From assembly GCA_976226885.1 (NCBI GenBank), contig OZ320314.1, positions 130,386,001 to 130,450,000 on the forward strand: 64,000 nucleotides of DNA. Reading direction: 5' to 3'. Shown here one piece after another: positions 1 through 13,107 of this stretch. Below the pieces are notes generated by a model. That model worked only from the letters and a program-made list of their open reading frames with translations. It did no database searches and had not been told where the DNA came from. The first letter of the stretch is position 1. Every line of letters starts with the position of its first letter. This DNA comes from Iphione sp. A-MEVVRFRX5 (Eukaryota). Made by a program: the position numbers and the translations under genes.

Positions 1-640
1 GACGAGTTTGTCAGGGTGTTTGTGTGTATGCATGCATGTGTGTTGGTGTGTGTGTGTATGTGGGTGGATATGGGTATGTCATTCTTTGGTGTGTGTGTGT
101 GGATGGGTGTATTAACACACATAGTTATGGGATTCTGTGTGTGTGTGCATGTATGCATGTATTTATGTGTGTGTATGGATTTGTGATGCTGTGTGTGTGT
201 TTGTGTGTATATATGCATGTGGATGGGCATATGAACATGCGTAGTGATGGGATTTTGTGTGTGTGTGCATGTATGCATATATATATATGTGTGTGTATGG
301 ATTTGTGATGCTGGGCATATGAACATGCGTACTTATGGGATTTTGTGTGTGTGTGTGTGTATGTATGGATTGGTGTATGAGTGTGTATGGATTTGTGATT
401 CCGTGTGTGTGTTTGTGTGTATATATGCATGTGGATGGGCATATGTGCATGTATAGCTATCGGATTTTGTGTGTGTGTGTGAGCCTGTGTGTCTGTATAT
501 ATGTGTGTGGATTGGTTTATGATCTACACATGGTTACGTAATTCTGTGTGTATGTATGTATGTGGATGGGTGTATGAGTGGGCATGGGTATGTGATCCTG
601 TGTGTCTGCGTGTGTGCATGGGTGTGTGTATATGCGGGAG
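1..640. repeat. GT-rich microsatellite-derived tandem repeat
   Basis: Recurrent (GT)n/(GTAT)n tracts with a higher-order unit containing gggcatatgaacatgcgt and gtgtgtatggatttgtgat. ORFs here are repeat artefacts. Confidence 0.9.
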
Positions 641-1194
641 CATTACGTGTGTCTATGGATTTCAATGATTACAGTCATCGCTCGCTCAGCAGTGATCCAG
701 TATACAACAGAACCTATATACCCGACATCACCTTCTACAACACTTGGTAGTTCTGATTAGAATATGTATCACATCCTGATAACCGACCAAGATGTCTGCA
801 ACCACTCAGTGTCGGAAACAAGGATTGACCTTTGATGTATGTGAGTGGTGTCCATGGTCTGGGTACATAGTGTCACCTCGCTAATAAGACCGCCATTGGT
901 TCTTACCTCAAGTGGTCTGAATAGGGAGTGGTCTTATTAGAGATGGGTATTCATGTACATGTATGTAATTCTGTTCCTTAAAAATGGTCTCATTAGGGAG
1001 GTGGTCTGGTTAGAAAGGTGGTCACCTTCGAACGGGACACTGTATATGGGTATATGCATGTCTGTGCCTGTGTGCTTGCAGGTGTATCTATGTATGTTTG
1101 TATGTATGTACATAAGTATGTGCATATATCTGTACATACATACGTATGTATGCATATGTGAGTGTACTCTATAATTAACTTGCTCTATAATCAA

Positions 1195-1780
1195 CTTGCG
1201 CCCATAAATACCTCACATCATTACCAACTCAACCCATAACCAACCGATACCATTGCCAACTCACTTCATAACCCACTTGCAACTGCCAACTCACTCCATA
1301 ACCAACCCACACCCTCACCAGCTTATCCATGTTCAACTCACTATATAACCGACTCTGTCTGTAACCAACTTACTGTATGACCAACTCACTCCATAACCAA
1401 CCCACACCATCGCCAACTCACCTTATAACCAGCCCACACCATCACCAACTCCATAACCAACCCACACCCTCACCAGCTTATCCATGTTCAACTCACTATA
1501 TAACCGACTCTGTAACCAACTTGCTGTATGACCAACTCACTCCATAAACAACCAACACCATCGCCAACTTACCTTAAAACCAACCCACACCATCACCAAC
1601 TCACTCCATAATGAACACATACCCTTCCCAACAGACTCCATGTCCAACTCACCCCATAACCAACCCACACCATTGCCAACTCACTCTATAACAAACTCCT
1701 TCTGTAACTAGCTTACTATATGACCCTCTGTACCAACTTGCCGCATAACTGACACACTCCATGACATAACTTCCCACACC
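1195..1780. repeat. CA-rich minisatellite
   Basis: Degenerate tandem copies of accaactcactccataaccaacccacacc. Confidence 0.85.
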
Positions 1781-2367
1781 TTCCTACCTGAAGCCATCTC
1801 ATCGTTGGACTGTCATAATTCTCATGTTTCTCCTTGGATGTCCTGTAATCCGGCGTCTGGATGAAGCCAATGTACTGATGCTTATGGCAGTTGTGTTATA
1901 GATTGAGCGTCTTCGAGTTTGAAGTGTAATTTCCTTCACCACCAGAACATTTATGACATTTATGAGAAAGACGCATACAAACAATATAATCAAAGATAGA
2001 GAGAGGGGGATGAGTTAGGGAGAGAAATGTAGAGAAGTATGGAGAGGGAGGAGATTGAGAGGAGGATAGGAAGTAAGAAAGCGGTTTCTTTTGGATGAGA
2101 TGGACCCATTACAGAGGTATTACTGATGCAGTTACCATACAGTGTTTTGCCTTTACTGTCACAATAGGTGCTTCACCGGTCAGAAAGTGTTATGTTGTAA
2201 ATATCTCCGTATTTGTAGAGTAACTGTGTAAAAGTTCATGTTGTAATGCATTGTACCCCCTCATCAATGGGTTAATTGCTATGGGGTCCTCTCTGAAGTC
2301 CTGATGATTTATCATAAAGTCAAAGATCAATTGTAAAAACCTTTGTTCCCTATTTTTGGGCATTAAC

Positions 2368-2373
2368 TTTATT
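2368..2373 (-). terminator. Candidate poly(A) signal AATAAA of arrestin copy 1
   Basis: tttatt on + strand, positionally conserved in all three units (2368, 5709, 8949). Confidence 0.4.
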
Positions 2374-3529
2374 TCATGTATTTTGCTTCACCATACAGAA
2401 TAATCAGCCTAGGGCTAGTGTGCAACCAGTGATACACATTTAACTGATTACCTCATTCTATAACATCATAAGAATACTGATATAGCATTGTTTACTTTCT
2501 GCTGGTTCCTGTGCAGGGCTGTACTATGGCACATCACTATGACATAAAAAGGTGATAGACATGTTACTAAAACTTTGTTTTTTTTAGAGATAGTAAAAAC
2601 CATGGAATACATAAGCATATTGTCAGAATACAAATGTGAATGCAACTGTCAGTATAAGTAAGTACAATTATATCACCATGTAAAAGTTGTAACAAGCAAA
2701 ACCAAATCTTGTCTCCAAATATTGGTGTAATCCAATGATACAAAAATGCAGACTCTGTGAGCATGGTAAATGTAACAATTAGTAATATAATTTTGCTGTA
2801 AAGGCCATCTTTTTTTTTAAAGAAAAATTGATTACAATTCAACATCTATACATAATATAAATTGAGGCTTTTCTGCCAAACAATTCTTTTGCTGTAGGGA
2901 GTGTAAACTACCTTTCTGACTGTCTAGTAGAATAAGTTCTGTTTGCTTATAGAAAATAAATTTCTCAGCTACTTGAGTTGGTTACATCACAGAAAAAGCA
3001 ATTGGAACCAGCCAGTGTGTCATACTTATGGGTTGCCTTCCTAGTTGAGGTGTCCAGAAGGTAAGTTGCTACTGTAAGATATATATATATATAATATATA
3101 TACATACGTCTAACTCATCAGCAACTTGCTACTATAATATATACATGTATCTATCAAATTCTAACTCATCAATGAGTAATCTTCAGCCCATGACTCTTAT
3201 CATATTAACAGTAATACACTGTGGCTTTGCAATAACAGTTAGCTGGCCTACAAACACTGGCTTTTTGGTAGAGTGCTGAGCTATAGAGCATATAAGGCAT
3301 TAGTCCCATCCCTCCAAAAGGAGCAGATGCTCTAGTAATCCTGCTGTCTGACCAACTGACCCTCCATCACAGCTGTTAAATGACCTAATATTTTGATGTC
3401 ACATTCTCCTGATGTATGGATGGTTGATACTGACTAGTTTTGGCATGATTTAAGGATTTTGGTGTTTAAAAAGGAATGTATAACTTATTCATACCCAACA
3501 AAAGTTGTGAACAACAATGTTTTTGAACA

Positions 3530-4837
3530 TCAGGTATGGGAAAAGCTGGTTATCAAGGTATAGATAGGGTCAGGATTCAAAGAATTGATGGTTCCAATAG
3601 TGATAGGCACTGTGATTGTTGGATTAAAATTGAGTCCTTTTCGCTTGAGTTCAATACATACTTCATACTTGATATCAATGAGATCACACTCATCCACCAT
3701 GCTGACAGGAGCTAGGTTATTGTCAACACCCCCCTCCTGAAAGTCGAGTGGAACCTCCAGTGCTATTTGTGGACAGACTCCAGGGGCAATGGAATCGTCT
3801 TTCAACACAGGTCTGCTTTTAATAGTGAATGTTGACTTGGAGGCACCACAAACCCCTACCCTGCTGCGATAGCGACCCTTCATTACCACCATAGCCTTGA
3901 CTTCCCTGATCTCTCCCCCTGACCTGTTGTTTACTTCCACTGTCAGTGGGATGGAGGTACCTCTCATGAACCCACGACATGGTAGGTTTACCCGACATGC
4001 AATGAACCCTGAGGAGAAGACACCTGTGTGGTATAGACTCTCCATTCTCACTGGTTGCAGATTCTCCATATTATCAGCTACATCTGTGTCCCGCCAGATC
4101 CAGATGGGCCTCATACAAAAGATGTTGCCCTGTTTCTTCCCCATGTTAATGGTGGCTTTGAAGTAGTAGTTGATTAGAGCCCATTCCCCAACAGCACAGG
4201 GCATGGGGGGAACAGAGGCATTCATTCTCAGGTATGATGATCTGAAATGGAAAGTGATGCTGACCTGAACTGAGGGCACTTGCTGTCCTGACTGCACTAG
4301 TTACAGAAGCTTTGAAAAGTCCAGCCTGGGACCAGAGGAGTATAACATCATTCACAAACACCTGCTCACCCATATCATCAACGTAGCCATATTCATAGTA
4401 GCTACGGATGTTGGTTGTGGCATGACCTTTAAACCTGAGGTCTAGTTTCTCTGCAAGTATGTTCTCCTTCAGATCAAGGAAGACTGTACCTTTGATGACA
4501 TCACCTGGTTTAAAGATGGGTAGTATACGAGGAGGCAGTTTCTTGGTGGTTGAAATGTTTTCATAAAATGTCCCTCTCTGTAGCTGTGTTTTCTCTTCTT
4601 TATTAAGTACTGTGATAATGCCCTTTTCTACCAGCATGTTATCCATCTTGGTGAGCATTGAACTTTTGGTTTCATCCTTGATGTGTGCTGCTTTACAGTT
4701 GGCTGCTGCTGAAGTAATGGCTGCCCAGTCCCAGCCACTGACAGGACGCTCAATGTACACCCCCTGAGCATAGTCATAGAGCCGAGGACAGTCCTCAAGG
4801 TGGAGGTGTACCTCGAAGTGAGTGATAGGCTCCAAGT
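3530..4837 (-). pseudogene. Alpha-arrestin terminal exon copy 1, frameshifted
   Basis: Acceptor ttttactttctctacctgacag|ac at 4838/4837. Overlapping ORFs 4146-4835 and 3530-4297 together align end to end with copies 2 and 3. There is a 2-bp deletion at 4217/4216 (tgc c tct versus tgc cac tct in copy 3). Confidence 0.85.
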
Positions 4838-5708
4838 CTGTCAGGTAGAGAAAGTAAAAAATTCCTCAGAGATGTACTTCTTCCTGCAGTTTTCTTGCAC
4901 CCAAATTACAGGAGCTGTACAGAAAAACAGCTGTACACAAACGAATACCTGAAGAACTGTAGTCAAAACCATGTTAAATAAGTGACATATAGCCACATGT
5001 ATAAAAAAGACCATCACAATAATGAATGAATTGTGCTGTGTGAGACCTAAAATGCACTCTCCACGGACTATACAGATACATAAAAACATATACAGAAGGA
5101 ACATTGCTAGTAGGTCACAACTAGGTAGCACTATAGAGGCCGCAACTTAGCTCACATCACATAATCAGATATAGAAAGTAGACACCCGTACAAAAGAAAT
5201 GCAAGCCAGAAGAATTAGGCGCAGTGGTGACTCATTTCCATCTCATTTATAAGGTACATGAATAGGTAAACCTCTGACAATGAAGCTTCTTTATAGTAAA
5301 TCTCTTACACCAGAAACGCCATGACAGTTATTAGAAGCATACAGATAATATAATCAGAAATAGAGAGGTAGGGATGAGTTACGGAGAGAGAGAGAAATAC
5401 TGACAGGAGGATAGAGAGGAAGGAATCAATTTGTTGAGAATGAGATGTGCCCATTACTTAAAAATCTGTGACCAAGTTACAGTGCAGTGTGTCTTGCCAT
5501 TTCCAGTGTCACAATGGGTGCCGTACTGATTAAAAAGTGCTATTAAGTGATTTTCTCCATATCTTGAAAATTTTGTAAAGATTCATATTGTAATGTTTTT
5601 TCCTAACTGTTAGTAATCAGTTTCTTTTATGCGTACTCATTTAAGTCCTGATGATAAAGTCAGGGATTCCTTTATAATAACCTTTGGTCTCTATTCTTGG
5701 GTTGTCAT

Positions 5709-5714
5709 TTTATT
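5709..5714 (-). terminator. Candidate poly(A) signal AATAAA of arrestin copy 2
   Basis: Conserved tttatttca, about 1.0 kb downstream of the stop. Confidence 0.4.
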
Positions 5715-6720
5715 TCATGTATTTTGTTTTGGCACACCCAGTAATGAGTCTAATTTTCAACCAATGATACACAAATTGACTGATCACCTCACTGTACAAC
5801 AAGAGCAAAATGATGCTAAGACAATGTTTACTTTTTTTTGGTTCTTTTTGGATTATTTAGGTACATTATTGTCAATACTGCAGTCACTATAAATAAGTTA
5901 GTACAAATATATCACCATATAAAAGTTGTACAAGCAATACCAGATCATCACCAAGTATAAGTTCTGTTTGTTTATAGAAAATGATTTTCCCTGCTACTCA
6001 AATTAGTTATACCATAGAATAGAACAAAAAGAGAACAAAAAGAGAACAAGCCAAATATGTCCTTCATTCTGAGTAGTCCTCCCAGTTGAGTTTACTACAG
6101 GGTAAATTGCTACCAAAATATACATGTATATACCAAATTTCAACTGATTGATAAGTTCATCCTGTGATCAATATCACAATAACAGGACCACGTTATGGCT
6201 CTAACTCATCAATTACAGTAGTCTGACCTATAAGCACTGACATTTTGGTACAATGCTAAGTTATAATACATATAAGTTATGAGCCCCATATCTCTAAGAG
6301 GAGGAGGGCTCTAGTGATGTTTCCATCAGACTGTCTAACCATCTATCACAACCTTGTGTATATATCCCTTTTTTAACCACCTTGTTAAGTGTCTATATGT
6401 TTTGGTATCGTATTCTTCTGTATAGGCACTTGATAGTGGCTTTTTTTGGCAGATTTGAGATTTTTGTATGTTAGAAAAAGAATGTATAAATGTATAATCT
6501 CCACAGGCCAGGTGGGTGGGATAAGTCATTGTGCTGGTCACCTGTGTGTATACTGAGGCATGTAATTTATGATGTAGGTGTGACGATAGGTGGTAGAAGT
6601 GGAGGACAGTAGACCGTGAAGGTCTACTCTTTTCTTTAATCATATATGTTCATAACTAGGTTAAATACAGATAACTTGTTAATGACCAGCACTGGTTGTA
6701 TACAACATTGATTTCAAACA

Positions 6721-8033
6721 TCAGTTATTGAAAGAATATATCTTTGTATAGATAGGGTCAGGGTTAAAAGAATTGATAGTTCCAATAGAGATAGGTACTG
6801 TAATTATGGGATTGAAATTGAATCCTTTTCGCTTGAGTTCAATACACACTTCATACTTGATATCAATGAGATCACACTCATCCACCATGCTGACAGGAGT
6901 TAGGTTATTGTCTACACCCCACTTCTGAAAGTCAAGTGGTACTTCCAGTGCTATTTGTGGACAGACCCCATGGGGAATGGGAGTATCCTTCAGGACAGGT
7001 GTGCCTTTAACAGTGAATGTTGACTTAGAGCCTCCACAGCCTCCCAGCTGACTGCGGTAGCTACCCTTCAGTACCACCCTAGCCTTGACCTCTCGAATCT
7101 CACCCCCTGACCTGTTGTTTACTTCGACTGTCAGTGGGATGGTCGTCCCTCGCACAAATCCCCGACACGGTAGGTCAACCCTTGACCCAATAACCCCAGA
7201 GGTGAAGACGCCTGTGTGGTGTAGACTCTCTTGTCTCACTGGTTTCAAGTTCTCCTTATCCTCAGCAACATCTGTGTTCTGCCAAATCCAGATGGGCCGC
7301 ATACAGAAAATGTTAACCCCTTGATTCTTGCCCATGTCAATGGTGGCCTTGAAGTAGTAGTTGATGAAGGCCCAATCCCCCTCAGTGCAGGGCATGGGGG
7401 GTATAGAGTGGTAGGCATTTGCTGGTATGGTGACCTCAAAGGGAAAGTGATGCTGACCTGAACTGAGGGCACTCCCTGTCTGGACTGTACTAGTGACAGA
7501 GGCTTTGAAAAGACCAGGCTGGCACCAGAGAAGGATCATTTCATTCACATACACCTGCTCACCCACATCATCCACATAGCCAGAGTCGGTCGAGCTTCGT
7601 ATGTTGGTGGTGGCATGACCTTTGAACCTGAGCTCTACTCTCTCAGCAAAGATGGTTTCCTTCAGTTCCAGGAAGACTGTTCCTTTAATGATGTCACCAG
7701 GTTTAAAGATGGGTAATATGCGGGGAGGTAGTGTCTTTATCGGGGTAGTGGTAAAGTTGTCGTAAAAGGTACCTCTTTTCAGCTGCTTCTTCTCTTCTTT
7801 ATCAAGTGTAGTGACAATGCCCTTTTCTACAAGCATGTCATCCATCTTGGTGCATATACTTGTGGTTTTGTCCATCTCGACATGAGCTGGTTGGTGGTTG
7901 GCTGCCACACTAATGGCAGCCCAATCCCAGCCATGTACAGGACGCTCAATGTACAGCCCCTGGCTGTAGTCATAGAACAAGGGGCAGTCCTCAAGATGGA
8001 GATCTACTTCGAAGTGAGAGATAGGTTCCAAGT
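6721..8033 (-). CDS. Alpha-arrestin (arrestin_N + arrestin_C) terminal exon copy 2
   Basis: Motifs IFKPGDIIKGTVFLEL, LRFKGHATT, GQHHFPFEVTIP, INYYFKATID, TIPLTVEVNNRS and LIDIKYEVCIEL..VPISIGT. Phase-1 acceptor tttactttctatatttgacag|ac at 8034/8033. The listed ORF start is a TTG in the intron. Confidence 0.9.
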
Positions 8034-8096
8034 CTGTCAAATATAGAAAGTAAATAAAAACATCACTCTAAGATGCTTTTTGTACACCAGCTGAAC

Positions 8097-8161
8097 CTAG
8101 TCATAGAGTTGGGCCCAGTTCTCAAGGTGATCTACATCAAAGTGTGTGATAAGCTCCAAAT
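8097..8161 (-). pseudogene. Partial duplicate of the arrestin exon start (acceptor plus about 21 codons, then a stop)
   Basis: ttttactttctatacttcacag|at ttg gag ctt atc aca cac ttt gat gta gat cac ctt gag aac tgg gcc caa ctc tat gac tag reads (D)LELITHFDVDHLENWAQLYD*, against DLEPISHFEVDLHLEDCPLFYDY in copy 2. Confidence 0.75.
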
Positions 8162-8948
8162 CTGTGAAGTATAGAAAGTAAAATGAACATTACTCTGAGG
8201 TGCGCAGTAAACACCTGCTCATCATTTGCTGGTACTGCAGAGACTGGAACATAACCCACATCATAATCAGGTATAAAAGGTAGACACATATATACAGAAG
8301 AAATGTAAGACAGAGGAATGAGGGGAGTGGTGACTCGCATCAATCTCATGTGAAAGGTACATGAACAGGTATACAGTAGAACCTCAGTATTGGGCCATCG
8401 CAGCACACAAGCCATTTCTTCCACTGGGACAGATTTCGCTGGAATCAGTTCTGTTATGTGAAATTTATTTACCTGTCATGACTGGATGTCCCCAGGTCTG
8501 ATGTTCTACTTTTATCTCTGTTAATGAGACCTTTGACAAAGAAGCTTCCTTATAGCAAAGCTCTTACACCAGCAAAGGCTTGACAGTTATAAGAAGCATA
8601 CAGATAATATAATCAAAATTAGAGAGGTGGGGATGAGTTAGGGAGAGAGACAGAAATACTGAGAGGGAGAAGATTGAAAGGAGGATAGAGAAGAACGAAG
8701 CAGTTTGTTGAGAATGAGATAGACTCATTACTGACCATTGTAACCTAGTTACAACACAGTGTATTTTGCTCTTTGCGATGTCACAATGGGTGCTGCACTG
8801 ATTAAAAAGTGTGCCTCTATATAATAAGAAATATGTAAACATTTATATTATAATGATTTTTCTAACCAATCAGGAATTGGTTTATTTTTATTGATAATCA
8901 CTTAAGTATTGATGATTTGTCATAAAATCAAGATTCTTGGGCTGTCAC

Positions 8949-8954
8949 TTTATT
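8949..8954 (-). terminator. Candidate poly(A) signal AATAAA of arrestin copy 3
   Basis: Conserved tttatttca, about 1.9 kb downstream of the stop. Confidence 0.4.
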
Positions 8955-10815
8955 TCATATATTTTGCTTTGCTGTACAGAGTAATCAGCTTGTCTAGTTT
9001 TCAGCCAGTAATACTCAGTTGACAGATCACCTCATTGTACAACAACATTAAAATGATGGTAAGAATTGTTTACTTGTATAAAGTACCTTTTGTGAGATAG
9101 TAGTGTATTTTTACCCAGTAATGCCAGATGGAGACAATGTCTGACAATGATAGCTTCAGAGAGCTGTGTATTTTTAGTACCCCTGTAACAGTCCAGAGTT
9201 AGTGCTAGGCTTTCACGGTTGAACAAGCAAAACCAAGTGATACAAGAATACAAAGCCCACCTGTATTGTAAACATAATAAATAATCAGTAATGTAAATTT
9301 TGCTGCAAAAGCTATCATTTCTGAATTCATTGCATCTGTTATGAGTTGGTTAAAACTTATGTATATGATACAAATTGAGGCTTTCACCTGAAAAATTCAG
9401 AATTCTTACTTTCTTGTATGAAAGGTTCTTATTTGTTTATGGAAAATTAATTTCTCTGCTACTTGAGCTAATGGACCCATTGATTGCCTGTCGGTTGTAA
9501 ACAGATGGCACTAGTGAATATGACCTATATACACTGGATCTCGACAAGGGTTTACAGTCTCTATCAAATTCTATGTAAAATGTGTCACTTTGACCTGCTC
9601 CAGCTCACTTATTTCTCTGCAGAAATCTCTCAGAATTTGAGCAGATAATCTTAAATATGTTAGCTATATATATGCCAAACCATTTCTTCCTACCTTACAG
9701 AGTTTTATCATGGCGAAGTAAGAAAGATCACCCTCTTTCTCCTAATATGTGAGCTAAGCCATGTGGCAATGCTTGCTGAGGGAGGCCTTTCAGTGTGCAT
9801 GCGTTAGGCGCAACTTGCTATGGGAACAGGCCACACCTCATCCGGTTTAGTAAAACATGTGTCATTGTAACAGTAATTGATGGGTCCATTATATCATTTT
9901 AAAAAAACATAAAGGGAACTAGCCAAATATGTCTTTCATTCTGGCTAGTCTTCTTAGTTGAGTTGTCCACAAGGTAAGTTGCCACTGTAATATACGTATA
10001 CCAAATTTCAACTTATCAATAGGTTTATCCTATGATCTATATCATATTAACAGGACCACATTATGGCTTTAACTCATCAATTATAGTGGTCTGACCTATG
10101 AACACTTGACATTTCGGTACAATGCTGGGATAGGACATTATGCTGGTCAGCTGTGTGCATACTGAGGCATTTAATTCATCATGTAAGTGTGATGATAGGT
10201 CCTAGAAGTGGAGGGCAATACAACTGGAAGGTCCACTTTTTGGTTGTCCCCTGCCTCATAGAGCCGGGAGAACCTTATCAATGCTGCTGGCTGACTCCGA
10301 CCTTCTGTCACACTCTTGTGGGTCTTATAACTCTCAAATGCTTCACTCAAATGAACTGATTTTGATGTATATTTGTATAGATGGGCCCATGGCACTGTGT
10401 AATTTTGGTAGTAATTCAATTACATGTATTCTAAAGGTGAGATTATGTCAGTTTTACTTTTGATAACTTACTCACCAACATACATGCCTTATTTAGGGCA
10501 TTCTAAGGTCCGACAATGCACTCACATGCACACACATATACTCACCAATACCCCCCTTCTACCAGCACCACCAGGTGCTAATCAAGATAGCAGGAAAGAG
10601 ACCCCCCCGGCCCTGCAAGCAATCAACCCTGAATGGGTCATTGACTGGAAGGTCCACACTCACATGGGTACCAAGATTGTTGATTGACGCCAGGGGAAAA
10701 TAGACTTTGCAGGTCAATACACTTGTTTCATTACATGTATTTCTCTCGAGGTCAAATACAGATAACTTGGTAATGACCAACACTTGTTGTATACAACAAT
10801 GACTTCAAACATCAG

Positions 10816-12140
10816 TTATTGAAAAAAACTTGTCATCTTTGTATAGGTAGAGTCAGGGTTGCAAGAATTGAAAGTTCCAATAGAGATAGGTATTGTCATT
10901 GTGGGATTAAAATTTACTCCTTTTCGCTTGAGTTCAATACATATTTCATACTTGATATCAATGAGATCACAATCATTTACCATGCTGACTGGAACCAGGT
11001 TATTGTCCACACCCCCGTCCTGAAAGTTAAGAGGTACCTCCAGTGCTATTTGTGGACAGACATCAGTGGGAATTGGATCCTCCTTCAGGACAGGTGTACC
11101 TTGAATGGTGAATGCTGACTTGTAGAGACTACAGTCTCTGATCTGGTTGTGGTAACGACCCCTCAACACCACCATTGCCTTGACTGCCTTTATCTCACCC
11201 CCTGATCTGTTATTTACTTCAACTGTCAGTGGGATAGCATTACCTCGTATGAACCCTTGACATGGTAGGTTAGCCCGACATGTGATAACCCCAGAGGTGA
11301 AGACACCTGTGTGGTGTAGGCTCTCCTTTCTCACTGGTTGCAGGTTCTCCTTATCATCAGCCACATCTCTGTCCCGCCAGATCCAGATGGGCCGCATGCA
11401 GAAGATGTTGCCATCCTCCTTCCCCATATCAATGGTGGCCTTGATGTAGTAGTTGATAAAAGCCCATTCCCCCACAGCACAGGGCATGGGGGGAATAGAG
11501 TGGCAGGCATTCTCAGGAACGATGACCTCAAATGGAAAGTGATGCTGACCTGAAGTGAGGGCACTCCCTGTCCTGACTGTACTAGTTACAGATGCTTTGA
11601 ACAGTCCAGCCTGGCACCAAAGGAGTATAATATCATTCACAAACACCTGCTCACCCACATTGTCATCATAGCCAGATTCATAGTAGGTGCGGATGTTAGT
11701 GGTGGCATGACCTTTGAATTGGACCTGAAGTCTCTCAGCAAGGAGGTTCTCCTTCAGATTCAGGAAAACTGTGCCCTTGATGATGTCACCGGGTTTAAAG
11801 ATAGGTAGTATACAAGGAGGCAGTGTCTTTATTGAGGTGTTCGTAATGTTTTCATAAAAAGTTCCTCTCTGTAGCTGCTTTCTCTCTTCTCTATCAAGTA
11901 CTGTGATGATGTCCTTCTCCACTAGCATGTTATCCATCTTAGTAAGCATTGAAGTTGTGGTTTTATCCATTTCCACATGAGCTGTTTGACGGTTTGCTGC
12001 TGTTGCTGCAGTAATGGCTGCCCAGTCCCAGCCAGTGACAGGACGCTCAATGTACACCCCCTGAGCATAGTCATAGAGCCGGGGGCAGTCCTCCAGCTGA
12101 AGGTTTACCTCAAAATGAGTGATATGCTCCATGTCCAAGT
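10816..12140 (-). CDS. Alpha-arrestin (arrestin_N + arrestin_C) terminal exon copy 3
   Basis: Same arrestin motifs as copy 2. Phase-1 acceptor tactttgtataccctgacag|ac at 12141/12140. It also has an internal in-frame ATG at 12132 (MEHITHF). Confidence 0.9.
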
Positions 12141-12352
12141 CTGTCAGGGTATACAAAGTACACACAGATACAGAACAACTGTAAGACAGAGAAATAGTTG
12201 GAAGTGGTGGCTCATTTCAGTATCTATCAATCTCTGTTTTTATGTTCACCAGAAACTACAAGAAACGTGGAGAAAAACAGCTCTACATGACCAAAAGTCT
12301 GAAGAGACAATAGCTAAAAGCATGTTCAAAATTACAAACATAGAGCCAAATA

Positions 12353-12702
12353 CAATCGACTCTCTCAAATGCGGACACCCTACTTTCTTTCCCAAACCTT
12401 CTGCATTTCAGATGTGTTTGGATTACAGATCTGTGAGTAGCGTATGAGGGGTGGTCACCCTAACACCTGTACCAACACCTTAGAGAATGAATATCCCTTC
12501 ACTACTTTGAGCCTGGACATTAAAGAGGTCATGCTAGTCGATTCATGTTTTCCGTAGGAGGACGCTTAAAAAAATAGGCGTCCTGATTAGAGACATTTTG
12601 ATATATTTGTTAATTATGGGAAGTAAGTTAGTCATTTTCTAAATCGTCCGCATTTGGGGTACATCCAATTTGTAGACGTGTCCATGAGGAAAGAGTCGAC
12701 TG
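12353..12702. mobile_element. MITE, Tc1/mariner-like
   Basis: TA|caatcgactctct ... aaagagtcgactg|TA: imperfect TIR, TA flanks. Confidence 0.6.
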
Positions 12703-13107
12703 TATAAGTAAATTAGCTTTTACAATGATAAACAGACTGTGCTCTATGAGACCTGAAATGCACTGTACACATGGACCACTGCTGGCAAGTCACAACTTAG
12801 TACCACAGAGACTGGATTATTGCCCACATATTACAATAAGGTATAGACAAATAGACACGCATACAATAGGAATGAATGAGGACGGCTGCCGACTCATTCT
12901 CATGTGACAGGCTCCTGTACAGGCGTATGGTAGAACCTCAGTNNNNNNNNNNNNNNNNNNNNNNNNNNNNNNNNNNNNNNNNNNNNNNNNNNNNNNNNNN
13001 NNNNNNNNNNNNNNNNNNNNNNNNNNNNNNNNNNNNNNNNNNNNNNNNNNNNNNNNNNNNNNNNNNNNNNNNNNNNNNNNNNNNNNNNNNNNNNNNNNNN
13101 NNNNNNN

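Larger units (their letters stand above)
1975..12940. repeat. Tandem triplication of a 3.3-4.4 kb unit containing the arrestin terminal exon
   Basis: Homologous non-coding blocks start at about 1975, 5335 and 8595 (gcatacagataatataatca...agagagg...gggatgagtta). A second shared block lies at about 5150-5270, 8255-8375 and 12825-12935, upstream of each coding exon. Confidence 0.9.

Noticed and set aside
1789-1993. Exon-like minus-strand segment (YIGFIQTPDYRTSKEKHENYDSPTMRWLQ|gtagga)
   Set aside because: No recognisable family, no clear acceptor, and an in-frame stop just upstream.
5296-5325. Candidate private first exon for arrestin copy 1 (ATG GCG TTT CTG GT|gtaaga)
   Set aside because: Phase 2 is incompatible with the phase-1 acceptor, and the homologous site near 8570 lacks the ATG. 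It could still be a non-coding exon.
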